DNA of 63,791 bases, the filler included, from Octopus bimaculoides (Eukaryota): NCBI RefSeq assembly GCF_001194135.2. It is 6 parts of 5 records of this genome, joined end to end, with 100 filler letters (N's around TTAATTAATTAA, not from the genome) between each part and the next. Parts side by side here need not be neighbours in the genome. Positions count along the whole stretch, not along the records: positions 1 to 21,733 come from NC_068987.1; 5 more parts are not named here. One strand, written 5' to 3'. Below, one piece after another: positions 1 through 12,904 of the stretch (the first letter of the stretch is position 1; every line of letters begins with the position of its first letter). The notes below the pieces were generated by a model. It saw only the letters and a list, made by a program, of their open reading frames with translations. It searched no databases and was not told the origin of the DNA. The translations under genes were made by a program, and so were the position numbers.

Positions 1-568
1 ATATATATATATATATATATATGCATACATATGCATACATATGCATATATATACATTTACATATACATATATATATATGCATATATATATATATACATAT
101 ATATGTATGTATATATATATATACACGTATATATGAGTTTGTGTATATATATATAAGTATATATATATATGTATGTGGGGGGGGTGCATTGTGTGGCGTG
201 TGCGTGTTTATATAGATGTAAAGATGTATGTGTGTATGTGTGTGAGTGTGTTTGAATGTCAGTAGGTAAATAAATATGCGTGTGGACGGCATATTTTTTA
301 CAGTTTATCCCAGTTTTTCTTTTTTTTTTCTTTTTGGTTGGGTGTTGACAGAGCAAAAGAAGGGAGATTCTGATCAGATAGCTTGGGAGGTGGGAGGGGG
401 GAAGAGTTTTCACCCACCAACTGATATTTACAACAACAACAACAACAACGGTAGTGTTATTGACAGAAGCAGTCATATTTTTAGCTACAACAAATACGAT
501 GGTGGTGGTGGTGGTGGTGGTGAGAGGGAATAGGGAGAAGAGAGAGAGATGACAGGTGAAGCAGAATC

Positions 569-609
<41 letters not shown>

Positions 610-784
610 AAGAGGCAGGGGGGGGGCAGAGACGTACACCTGTTGGTAATTCAAGTGATGAGATTACAGAGATTAAAGCAGGTGATTATATATATATATG
701 TACGTATGTCTGTATGTGTGTGTATGCGCGTGTATATATATATATATATATATATATATNNNNNNNNNNTGTGTGTGTATGCGC

Positions 785-827
<43 letters not shown>

Positions 828-1200
828 TACACATCTCTGAGGGAGAGAGAGAGATATATATTTAAATATTTTTACATATGTGTATGTTTCAACCTTATAT
901 ATATATATATATATATATACACCCATAGCTCATTAAGATAGTACTTTAATTAATTAATATTTTAAATCCTACAAGGATTACATATGAAGAAACAAAGACA
1001 CTTTTAATTGATACCAGCTTCATCAGCGCCACTTCACCATTCTCATCAACATCTCCTACCCCAGCCCACCGGTGCCAATCCCACCACCACCACCGCCACA
1101 TCACAACAGCAGCGAGTGCTGATAGCGGCCTTATTCCCCATGGCACCCCGGTGACGGTGGAATTCGCCACTCCACTCTCTCTCTAGACATACATATTTAG

Positions 1201-1557
1201 AGGCAGACGCGTGGCTGTGTGGTTAAGAAGGCTTGTTGGCTTCGCAGCCATGTACTCTTGGGTTCAGTCCCACAACGTGGCACCTTGGGCAAGTGTCTTC
1301 TAATATAGCTCCAGGCTGACCACAGCCTTGTGAGTAGACGGAAACTGAAAGAAGCCCGTCATATACAAGTGTCTCTGTTCGTCGCGTGACAATCGGTATA
1401 GTTTTGTTTACGTCCCCTTAACTTAGAGGTTTGGCAGAGAGACTGATAGAATAATTCCCAAACTGAAAAACGGCTATTGGGGTCAATATATTTGACTAGA
1501 TCTGTCAAGGTGGTGCCCCAGCATGGCCGTAGTCCAATGACAGAAACAAGTTAAAAT
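1201..1557 (+). mobile_element. SINE family A (tRNA-like head, ccttgggcaagtg core, normally a central microsatellite)
   Basis: A-box tggctgtgtgg, B-box ggttcagtccc, 3' end gactgaaacaagtaaaa shared by many copies. Confidence 0.85.
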
Positions 1558-1902
1558 AAATATACACCGTAACCGCCACACAGTCTATAGTTCTGCTGGA
1601 TCACTTGAAATTAAATCGGGTTTTCTTTTCTAGAACTCGAACCCCGATCGTTGAGATATGCAACTAGTATGAAATGAAAGACGAGAGTACAAGACAGTGG
1701 TAGCTTTTAGCTGAAAGGTTGCGTACTCAGGACTGTCAAAGCAGACATTGTGTCTGTTGTACACTGGTGCTATAAAGGTCACATGTTAATACTTTAAGAG
1801 ATGCATACGTAAAGAGATGGACAGCTTTCAACACAGGCAGACATCATACGAGAGAGAGGGGGGAGAGAGGGAGAGAGGGAGAAAGAGGGAGGTAAGTAGA
1901 TA

Positions 1903-2093
1903 TCTTCCACTTGTTTCGATCACCAGACTGCGACCATGCTGCAGCACCGCCTTGAAGAATCCTTAGTCGAATGAATCGACCTGAGTACTTTTTGTAAGAC
2001 TGGTACTGAATCCATCGATCTCATTTGCCGAACAGCAAAGTTACGGGACCGTAAACAAACCAAGGCTGGTTGTCAAGCGGTGGTGGGGGACAA

Positions 2094-2157
<64 letters not shown>

Positions 2158-2220
2158 GACGGGCTTCTTCCAGTTTCCGTCTGCCAAATCCACTTCTTAC
2201 CACACAGCCATGCCTGCGCA
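1903..2220 (-). mobile_element. SINE family A, internally deleted
   Basis: Reverse complement of family A head and tail with central (CA)n(TA)n. Confidence 0.8.
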
Positions 2221-4427
2221 CTCGCACACACACACACACATATGCATACACGTGATATACACACACACATACAAGTAGCCACATCCATGTATACTCACTT
2301 ATATACAGACGCACGGCCTGTGCCAACTTAGAAATCATTTTTTTTGCATTGCAGTTTTTTATTTTAACTAAAGATCTACAAATACAATATCACTGGAAGA
2401 ATTTATTGATACCATTTTCGATAAACTTCTATTGACTTTTAATAGCACCTGCATTGATCTATAACACTTGTGTCGATCTGTGATAGCGCTACGGGAATCC
2501 TAGAAAGTCTTAGCTAGATCTCTTTCCCACTACAGACATTCCAGCCCTGTCTGTTTTATCAACGAAGTGTAAAAGATGAGTGAAAATATATATATTATTT
2601 TGTTTGAGTAAAAGCGTTGCTGCTGCATGGCCGCAGTCAAATGACTGAAACAAGTAAAAGAAAACTACTTAAAAAACAAAAATAATAATCTCCAAAACAA
2701 AACCCGTCGTAATATTTGGAGTTTCCGAAAGTTGTATCTTTAGTCCTTTCCCTGTCCCGCGTGTCACGTATGGTACACATTCCTATTTCTCTTCCCACCA
2801 CCAGAGAGAGGAACGTGGAACTTACGCAAAGAAACCTTTGGTATCACTCGCACGAACGGATGAAAGAAGGGATACGTAAACGATGGAAGACAAACAGGGC
2901 CGTTTAGGAAGAACTTATGAAAATGATTTGCACAGGCAAAGGGAAAGTACAGCTCATCTGACGGACTTTCATAAATAAGGTTTCAGTGGCAAGGATTAGC
3001 TGGACCTATGTTTGGAAAAGAATATATCTAAGATGGCACGCACTGAGATTGAACTGAAAACGACGACACGGTGAATCTCTTAACAATTTGTCATAACTGC
3101 AATCGAAACGTCATAGTTGGACATTAACACACACAAAGACAGACACACACCAACGCTGGACAAAATGCTTAGCGGCATTTCTTCCGGCTATTTGAGTTTT
3201 AAGTTCATATTCCGCCGAGGTCGACCCTGACGTTCATCCTTTCGGGGTCTGATGTAATCGGCTGGCCCCTTCCCCACGGAAAAAAAAAAGAAAGAAAGAA
3301 ATTCCAGGTTTTGTGCCTACAGTAGAAAGGATGCTTATTCGATAGCAAAAGACTCAGGTGTGTGTAATTAAACGGCTATCACAGGTAAAGGGACGGCGTC
3401 CAAATTTACCGAGCGGCACTAACAACACCGTCACCACCACCACCACCATTGTGGCGACAATTAATTAGAAACTGTAGATTAAGAGGACCAATAAATATTG
3501 CGAGATGAGAGGGACACACAGACATAGTAACAGAGGTAGGTCTATAAATGGATAATGATGTATTAAGATAGCCACAACTGGACACCACACACATACATAC
3601 ACATATATATACACTATAACATGGATCCAACAGTCCACAAAAACCACACATACCACCCACCCACCCATACACACCAGTCCACCCTGTTGACTGAGAAATC
3701 TATACTTTATTTTTGGTCACGACATTTAACCTCAACTCGTGGTGGCGGCGGGAGATAAGTGGGTGGTGGTGGTGGTGGTGGTGGTGGTGGTGGTGGCAGT
3801 GATCTGGTAGTGAGTGTTGTGGTATGTGTTGCAGCGTTGTAGCGCAATGTAAGAGCGGTGCTAATAATGGTGCGAGTGCGGCGGTTGCGGTGGAATCATT
3901 CGGTGTTGAGGTTTCGAAGCGTCAACGTAACAGGAAGGTCACGACAAAAAAACAAAAAAAGAACAAAACAAAAAAAGGCGGAAATGAGGAAATGTAGGGG
4001 TGGGAGGGAGGAGAGAGGGGTGTGATAAGGAAGGAATTAAGACAGAGAGGAGAGGAGAAGGGGTGGCAGGCAGAGGGGAGAAAGAGAGAGAGAGAGATCA
4101 TAGATAGTGTCATAGCAATAGTTAAGACGAGAGTTTGGTCATAGGAGAGGGGGGGAGGGCGGACGATATCTTTGTAATCGGGGTGAGTCAGTGAAGGGTG
4201 GTGGTGGTGACGAGTGAACGAGGACGTGAAAGGGAGGAAGGTGATAATAATCGTGCTGATAGCAAGGTGGTTATTACATGAAATAGCAGCTGATTCATAC
4301 AAGAGAATGTTCCGGGGTTATTACGGAAGAAATGGCCATGAAATCCCCCATCCCCGGAGGTGGGGGGAGTAGAGGAGAAGCTTCAACAGGCGGTGGGGGT
4401 GGAAACGCGAAACATGGCACGCGTATG

Positions 4428-4466
<39 letters not shown>

Positions 4467-4505
4467 TTTTACTTGTTTCAATCATTTGAACGCGGCCCCG
4501 CATAC

Positions 4506-4548
<43 letters not shown>

Positions 4549-5285
4549 AGGACGCGATACTCGTTTATAATACCAGTCTCTGAGCAGACAGACCGACAGA
4601 AACCTCACACACACGCGTGTGTGTGTGTGTGTGTATGCTGCATTTTGTTCGTGTATAGGTCGGTCCCCTAATTTAGAGTTAAATCTCGGTACAATTTCTT
4701 TTTAATATTTCTTCAAATACGGTGTCAGCATCGTCCTGTCCATAAGTCGCAGCCCAGTTGTTTCAGCTAAAATCGTGAATAAAATAGTGCGGTTTATACA
4801 CGAGTAAATACGGAGTGTGTGTGTGTGTGTGTTAGATTATTTCATTGAAAGAGGGACTTCCACAGTGTTGCAACTGTCGCCCTTACATATTGCTGTCGTC
4901 ATTCCGCATATATTTTCCAGTTGTTATATCATTGTAAGTGTAAATACATACACATTTACAGATTTATGTCAACACACACACACACATGTATGTATGTATG
5001 TATGTATGTATGTATGTATGTATGTATGTATGTATGTATGTATGTATGTATGTATGTATGTATGTATGTATGTATGTATGTATNNNNNNNNNNNNNNNNN
5101 NNNNNNNNNNNNNNNNNNNNNNNNNNNNNNNNNNNNNNNNNNNNNNNNNNNNNNNNNNNNNNNNNNNNNNNNNNNNNNNNNNNNNNNNNNNNNNNNNNNN
5201 NNNNNNNNNNNNNNNNNNNNNNNNNNNNNNNNNNNNNNNNNNNNNNNNNNNNNNNNNNNNNNNNNNNNNNNNNNNNNNNNNNNNN

Positions 5286-5347
<62 letters not shown>

Positions 5348-6183
5348 ATATTATTGTTTATTTTTGATATCAAGTTATGATAAAAACAATTTTTCATTAA
5401 ACTGAAGAATTACACTACTTTTTGTAGAATACGCATTTATTACACTATACCACATGTTTCAGCCATATAAATGAAAATACATACATATGCATGTATATAT
5501 GTGTGTGTGTGCGTGTGGCTTTCTTACGGGTTTGAATAAACTAAGAAATAGATATAAATCCGAAAGAAGCACACTCTAAGATGTAGAGCAATATATATTA
5601 AAAATGGGAAAGGCCGGTTTATGGATTACCTTAGGTTGAACATTGATAAAGGGTTTAGTTTTATGACGTATCGTCCGATCCCAAAACCTGTTGGACGGGA
5701 AACCTAAGGTTAACCTATCAACTGGCCTTCCACATTTTTAACATTATATATATATATATATATNNNNNNNNNNNNNNNNNNNNNNNNNNNNNNNNNNNNN
5801 NNNNNNNNNNNNNNNNNNNNNNNNNNNNNNNNNNNNNNNNNNNNNNNNNNNNNNNNNNNNNNNATATATATATATACACGCACACACACACACGTATGTA
5901 TGTATGTATGTATATATGTATATAAAATATACAAGTTGATATAAACACGTATATAAATTATATATCTGCTTACATATACGCAAGTAACTATATTTAGGCG
6001 ACATTTTATCTATATAGTGTAACTGCCCGAAACTGTAAGGACATCTGGTAACTTCACTGACGAAAGAAGGCCACCAATGTCAGGTCCTTTTTGCTGACCC
6101 CTTAGTTGTTGCTTTTCCTGTCTGCCTTTGTATCGCCTGTCTGTCCGGAGGTTTTATTGTCCTCTATTGCGTTTTTGTTCCAT

Positions 6184-6215
<32 letters not shown>

Positions 6216-6362
6216 TGTAGACATGTGCGGGTGTATATATTCCGTACAGTTACCGTCAACCATTGTCCCTCACACGCCACACTGTAGAACTGAACCAGAG
6301 ACCATGTTGATCCGAAGCAAGCTTTTTTTATTACGAAACCATGTGTGCATGAGTTGGCATAG

Positions 6363-6400
<38 letters not shown>

Positions 6401-6638
6401 TTTATAACTGTGTTGTTATATATATACATATATACAAACACACAGACAAGAAGGTGTGGCGGTGTTAGTCACGAGGAAATCTATATGAGAAGCCAGGAAG
6501 TACAACAATAACAACAAGCTGATATGTAAGCCAAGAGGCTTGGCACAGGGCGAACACACAGACACAGAAGGAACGGTGAGGAAGGAGAATAGCATTGCTG
6601 AGCCGTGACTTGTCGTTACGGTTGACTTGACATAGAAC

Positions 6639-6674
<36 letters not shown>

Positions 6675-7176
6675 GTGGGTGAGACGTAGGACACACACAC
6701 ACACATATCAGAGCAGTAATTCATTGTGGCGGCATTTTCCTCGGTTCACTGACGAAACTGGTTATTCAACTTCACGTTTCCCCATCCCCTCCTCCAGCAC
6801 CAACAAAATTGAACACCCATCAAATACTGAGGTTGATGATATCGATAAACCCCCATCCCTCAAATTTGCTATCACTGAGCCTAAATGAGAAACCCTTATT
6901 ATTATTATTAGTTTTCTTTAATTTTGTTTCTATTTCTTACCGAGTGTCTTTCGCAAGAAATAATAATTATTATCATTATTATTATAACACTTAGCGGTTA
7001 TAATAATGTTCCCTTAATTGGTGCCCCTGTGGCAAATAAATGGTACTATTATTATTTTAGTTGGAGTGGTCACGATTGGAGGGGTGGTACACACCTGTTC
7101 TATAACACACAATGAATGACGTACATCCACAACTTATTCAGACATCAAAAAAGGTTGCCAACAGATAACATCAAGG

Positions 7177-7212
<36 letters not shown>

Positions 7213-7826
7213 TAAAAAAAAAATATATATATATATATATAGTTAAATAAGATTCGAGCATAAACCTTATAAACGCTATGCAAAGCTCGTCCACCGTTAT
7301 TGGCTACCTGATGTCATCATACAGTGGATTTATCCCTGCTAATAAATATACATCAGGAATTCCATAGTATCCGTAGAGTTGATATGAATAGATAAATGAT
7401 AGGAAATGGAATGAACGACGAGGCTAGCCGGCCGAAACTTCGAAGTCGCAGTCACCCTCTTGTAAAAGTATATGTAGACTACAAAAAATATTGTCTGCAT
7501 TGAAACTCGACATGAAAACAAACGTGTGTGTGTGTGTGTTACTGAATAATGTTCAATGTGTATTTAATGCAAGCGATGTATTTCTAGACGTTGTTGTGAG
7601 GTTCTGGGACAAGTAGTAACAAATATCTTAAAAAGAAGACCCAACCAGTATAGAAACCAGCTCGATTCGATCCTCATTTTTGTGGCCAAGAAACAGACTG
7701 CAGCAACAGGCATTTTTATACATTTGTCCAAAAGCTCAGGTTTTAAAAAAAACCCATTAAACTCTATACACATTTGCATAACGACGTGTTTACAAATATA
7801 CGTACACACACACACACAAACACTTA

Positions 7827-7864
<38 letters not shown>

Positions 7865-8491
7865 GTGAATGTACAGTTGTTAGCTGTAACACACCGATGC
7901 TCTACGCCGCTCCTCTATAAATAATTAATAGATAATCAATCACTTCGGTTCGATAGCCTTTGGAGAACTTCGACTTCCTTCAACGATACCAGCGTCAGCA
8001 ACTTTTTGCCAGCACTGGCCCCGTGTCCTTATCTCTGGAAGAATAAGGGTGGTGGTGGTGGTCTGGCTGGAAAGTCAGGGTGTTGGGCGGTCGGTGGGGT
8101 GGATCGTCAGTGTGGCCGTAATACGAGTGAAGCAGGGTGGGGGTGTGGGGAGACAAGCAAAATGGGACGTAAAATACAAAATGATTGTTAGTTAAAGGAT
8201 AGTAATTAGTCACTTAAATGCCCGTATGACTATGTACAGTGCACGCATGCATATATGTATATATACATATACACACACACAAACACATTTATGCGCATAC
8301 GTATATTTGTATATATAAACACACGCATACATACACACACACACACACATATATATATATCCGCACGCACGCGCGCATAAACAAGTAAAAATACGTATAT
8401 ATGTATGTACATATGTGTAATGTAATGTACTTTGTTGCATTTATATATACATATACAAACATACATACCTGTGTATAAAAATGCGTGCGAG

Positions 8492-8554
<63 letters not shown>

Positions 8555-9144
8555 AGATATTCGGCTTAAAACTGTGTTTTTGTACAGAAGCTCCTCCGAC
8601 TCCCAGCTTATATTATTATTATTATTATTACCTTTTGCTACTTCACATATTATCACGTACTTCAGGGCTTTACACTTTGAAAAGCCGAAATCCCTTCTCT
8701 ATGTCGCACACGCACGCACACACACAGAGAGAAAAGAGGAGTGGGGTGCGGTGGGGGACGCGGCTAATACGGATCGCATTAGTGTAACTCCTGCAGTTTT
8801 GTCAAACTCACACATTCCCCAGATTATTGCTTGTCCTCTAAGCCACCACCACGACCAGAACAATTACTACAACCACTACTACTACCACCATCACTACCAC
8901 CATTACAACCATCACTATCATCATCATCATCGTCGTCGTCGTCAAACACGTTGTTTCGTCAATTAGAAGAGAGGACAGACAAAGCACGTATGTCTGACAA
9001 AATGCCAGAAGCGAACATATAAAGCGGGGGGAGAAGATGGGGGAGAATTAAGTGAAACCCAGCGCCCCCATCCATCACCCAAACCCCAGTCAGCTGTCAC
9101 CAAGTGACCCCTAAATCTAACGAGCACCTGCCGCTGGCCACCAA

Positions 9145-9181
<37 letters not shown>

Positions 9182-9616
9182 GACAAGCAACGACACTTGG
9201 AGAAAATACCACAATTCCCCCTCTCCTCACCTTACCACCATCACCCCTACTCCCACTATCATCATCATCATCACGAACATTAGAAGAAAGAGAATCGTCG
9301 GCGTAAGCATGGGATATCCCAAACATTGCTTTACAGACGAATTCCACTGTATACGAACATATACCTGTGTGCATGTGCGTGTGTGTGTGTGTGTGTGTGT
9401 AGATATAGATAGATATTTATAGGTGCAAACACACACACACTCACTAGTCTGCAGAACAACTTCTTTATATCTACCACAACTTACACATACACACAAACGC
9501 ACGCACACACACACACACACACGCTGATAGAGAGTTTTGTAATCTCTGGAGACGAATGCTTTTGTTACTGTTACACACACGCAGAAACACACACACATAC
9601 ATGTAAGCACATACTT

Positions 9617-9657
<41 letters not shown>

Positions 9658-9984
9658 TATATGCACGCTTGTACACATATACACAGACGTGCAAATACAT
9701 ATGCACACGTATACACGCATGCATGCACATACACACGTGCAAATACATATGCATAATGTACATACATATATACAAACACACTTGTACATCCATGTTACAT
9801 GTGTAAAATATACATATACACTCACAACCAACCGAACACACACGCACACGTACATGCACACTACTATAAACAATGTTCAGTATTATGTGTATAAAGATTA
9901 AATAATTTATATATAAAACTAAGATAGTAACATATACACACCCGTGTGTATATGCGAGTGCATTATATATATATATATATATAT

Positions 9985-10147
9985 AAGTGCAGGAGTGGCT
10001 GTGTGGTAAGAAGCTTGCTTCCAAACCACATGGTTTCGGGTTTAGTCCCACTGCGTGGCACCTTGAGTAAGTGTCTTCCACTATAGTCTCGGGCCGACCA
10101 AAGTCTTGTGAGGGGATTTGGTGGACGGAAACTGAAAGAAGCCCACA

Positions 10148-10204
<57 letters not shown>

Positions 10205-10384
10205 TATATTTGTGTGTCTGTGTTTGTCCCCGAACCATCGTTTGATAATCGATGTTGGTGTGTTTACGTCCCCCGTTACTTAGCGGCTCGGCACAAGGGT
10301 CCGATAGAATCAGTACTAGGTTCGATTTGTTCGACTAAAGGCGGTGCGCGATCGCAGTCAAATGATTGAAACAAGTAAAAGAAT
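9985..10384 (+). mobile_element. SINE family A, near full length
   Basis: Head, core, (TA)n and tail collinear with other copies. Confidence 0.9.
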
Positions 10385-11118
10385 AACTGCGTGTGTGTAC
10401 ACACACACACACACACACACACACATTCTCTATAAAACCGTGCAAGTATATAATATAAGTTGCGTATATAAATCAAACTGCACACACACGGCAGTCGTCG
10501 ACCTCAGTATATAACTGGTACTTATTTAACGCCTGAAGGGTAAAAGGAAGTCACCGATGTCATTTGAACTGGGAATCCAAAGAGACGCAACGAAACACTG
10601 CTAAGTAGCAATTAATTAATTAATCAACCCTTAGATACTCATAGCTTCTAATGAAGGGTACGAGAATACCAGGAGTTTCGAAGGGAGGGAGGGGGCGGAG
10701 ATAATTGAATAGCATCGACCCCGGAAGGGTAAAAGACAATGATGACCTCGGATGGATTTGATCTGAGAGACCGTAAAAAATCCCACCTAAATACCGTATG
10801 GCATTTTCTCCGATGCTTTAACGATTCTGCCAACAACAACAACATAATAATAATAATTAATAATAATAATAAGGCCACTAGGATGAGGGGGACCCAACAA
10901 AGACAAACTTAAAGTGTAGGGATTATAATGATAAATAAGTGAAATAATAATAATAATAACAATAATAGAGAAGTTACCTATTATAAGAAATAGGTTACAA
11001 AATCCGAAACTCTCTCTCTCTCTCACACACACACACACCAGTACTACTGTTGTTGCTACTACTTTTACTATAACCACCACCACCACCACTACTTACAACA
11101 ACAAGCCTCTTAAAAAGT

Positions 11119-11124
11119 TTTATT
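11119..11124 (-). terminator. Candidate polyadenylation signal
   Basis: AATAAA about 19 nt after the candidate stop, followed by a GT-rich tract (ttgttgttgtaagtagtggtgg). Confidence 0.25.
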
Positions 11125-11142
11125 TTTACCACAAAAATATCT

Positions 11143-11252
11143 TCAGAAGTTATGCAGGAAAGTCGCTGATGATGATGATGGTGGTGATGGTGGTGGTGGT
11201 GGTGGCTGCGGCGGTGATGATTGTGGTGTCGATGACAGTAACGGGGTAAGCC
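11143..11252 (-). CDS. Candidate terminal exon 2 (Pro/Ser-rich, in phase with exon 1)
   Basis: Long pyrimidine tract ending ctctgcAG|GG at 11253/11252; phase 1 joins to give R-LTPLLSSTPQSSPPQPPPPPPSPPSSSSATFLHNF-stop (TGA 11145-11143). Largely (CCA)n/(TCA)n repeat, so it could be chance. Confidence 0.3.
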
Positions 11253-11944
11253 CTGCAGAGGTGAGAGAGAGAGAGAGGGGGGGTAAGAAAGAAAGAGAGG
11301 CTTCAGTCAACAGTGTTTGAATGTTTTTTTTTTCGTTCTATCAACCCCGGAAGGAGGAAAAGTAAAAGCCGACCTCAGTAAGATTTGAACTTAAAACGTA
11401 AAGAACCGAGGCACGAAGCCAGAATTTTTTTTCTCTTTTTTTTTTGGAAGGCCGTGTTTAGAAGTTACAGATCCCAACACAACAACAAAAATAATGATTA
11501 TTATAATTGTAATAATCATTGGTCACAAGGGCCCAGGATATTGGTGAGGGCAAGAATAAGTGTTTGGGCGAGGGTAGGGGTGTGTATTTCCATGGAATAA
11601 AAAAAAACGGTTGAAGTAAAAAAACAACGATTTCTGGGAATAGACTCTGTTATGTCATAGAATTGAGGGCTGTTTTTCTTTTCTTTTCTTTTCTTTTCTT
11701 TTCAGGGAACAGGGGGCCAAGTGCATGTTGAAAGTGTTGCGATACTATTTTCTTAGAACTTCAGCAGCATGTTTGCAGAAACATGCAGCACCGCCACCAT
11801 TAAACAACATCAGTGTCGTCGTCAACAGCATCATAACAAATGAAGAAATGTCTGAAGGAATTTCACTTGGCAAAGAAAGAAAGAAAGAAAGAGTTGTGTG
11901 TGTGTGTGTATGTGTGTGTGTGTGTGTGTGTGAGTGAGAGAGAG

Positions 11945-11994
<50 letters not shown>

Positions 11995-12068
11995 CAACAG
12001 CTTGCTGCGCCGACATGAGGTCAGGAAGACAAGAGGAAGATTACAACCTTCCTTCCTCATGTTGTGGT

Positions 12069-12097
12069 GGTCACATGTGGTCACATGTTGCAAAATC
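12069..12097. promoter_or_regulatory. Tandem E-box pair in the putative first intron
   Basis: GGTCACATGT twice at exact 10-bp spacing (12069-12088) followed by TTGCAAAAT. Confidence 0.3.
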
Positions 12098-12233
12098 AAT
12101 AACAAGGAAAAGAAAAAGAACCAATGATTGAAAGAGAGAGAGAGAGAGAGAGGAAAGGCCAGTTTTGTTTCTTCCAATAAACGCCACCACCCTGCTCCGC
12201 ACCGTGAAATAATGGAAAGATATGTTTACTTAC

Positions 12234-12363
12234 GATATCGCTTTAACAAATTCTTCTTGTAAGTGGTCTTAAGTGTGGTCCTTGGTAAAGAATCGTCGCT
12301 GCTGTCATCTGAGACACTCGGCGAACGCACTTTCTTCACAGACAAATCCAACACGGGTTCCAT
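12234..12363 (-). CDS. First coding exon of a probable transcriptional regulator/corepressor-recruiting protein (family unresolved)
   Basis: Non-repetitive frame MEPVLDLSVKKVRSPSVSDDSSDDSLPRTTLKTTYKKNLLKRY; ATG 12363 in ccaactATGG context (A at -3, G at +4); phase-1 donor TATC|GTAAGT at 12234/12233; VLDLS resembles the PxDLS CtBP-binding motif. Weaker in-frame ATGs at 12399 and 12426. Confidence 0.7.
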
Positions 12364-12668
12364 AGTTGGGAACTTTCGTCCACAGTCCTGTTCACGCATG
12401 GAGACCCTCTCCGAACAATGGTACATCCAATGAGGCTGCGCCCAGCACCCAAACACAAGTGGCGACGAAGGGTGGCAGAAGGAACCGAGTAAATTTGGCG
12501 CCGCTACCCCCAGCCCCTCGTTCTGTAGTGTTTGGGTCGCCGTCCTTCTCGTTTACAGGGAAGCTTAAATGTTTAGGGGGGGTAGTAAGAAAGAGGGTGG
12601 GTGGAAGAAAAAAAGGGGAAAGGAGAAGAAAAACAAACAAAAAGTAACAACCAGGTAAGCAGGACAGG

Positions 12669-12699
12669 TGCTCGGAGCGATGCTGCTCTACCTTAAATA
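12669..12699 (-). promoter_or_regulatory. Core promoter candidate: TATTTAAG box plus pyrimidine-purine initiator about 30 nt downstream
   Basis: TATTTAAG at 12699-12692; CA at 12670/12669 at canonical spacing; CCAAT at 12845-12849 further upstream; about 305 nt upstream of the ATG. Confidence 0.45.
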
Positions 12700-12866
12700 G
12701 ATGTGTGTGTGTGTGTGTGCTTGTGTACAAATACACAGGCTATTTCAGGTGTGTGTGGTTGAGTAGAGGCAATATTAAACAAGTTGTCCGTGGTGAGATC
12801 GCACTAATACCAAGTATTACTATGAGCGGCTGTGTAAATATAATCCAATGAGAATGTATTCGTAAC

Positions 12867-12904
<38 letters not shown>

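Noticed and set aside
946-1170. GC-rich ORFs near 1 kb and 3.7-3.9 kb as downstream exons of the 12.3 kb gene
   Set aside because: No suitable minus-strand acceptor in the required phase and no DNA-binding-domain sequence.
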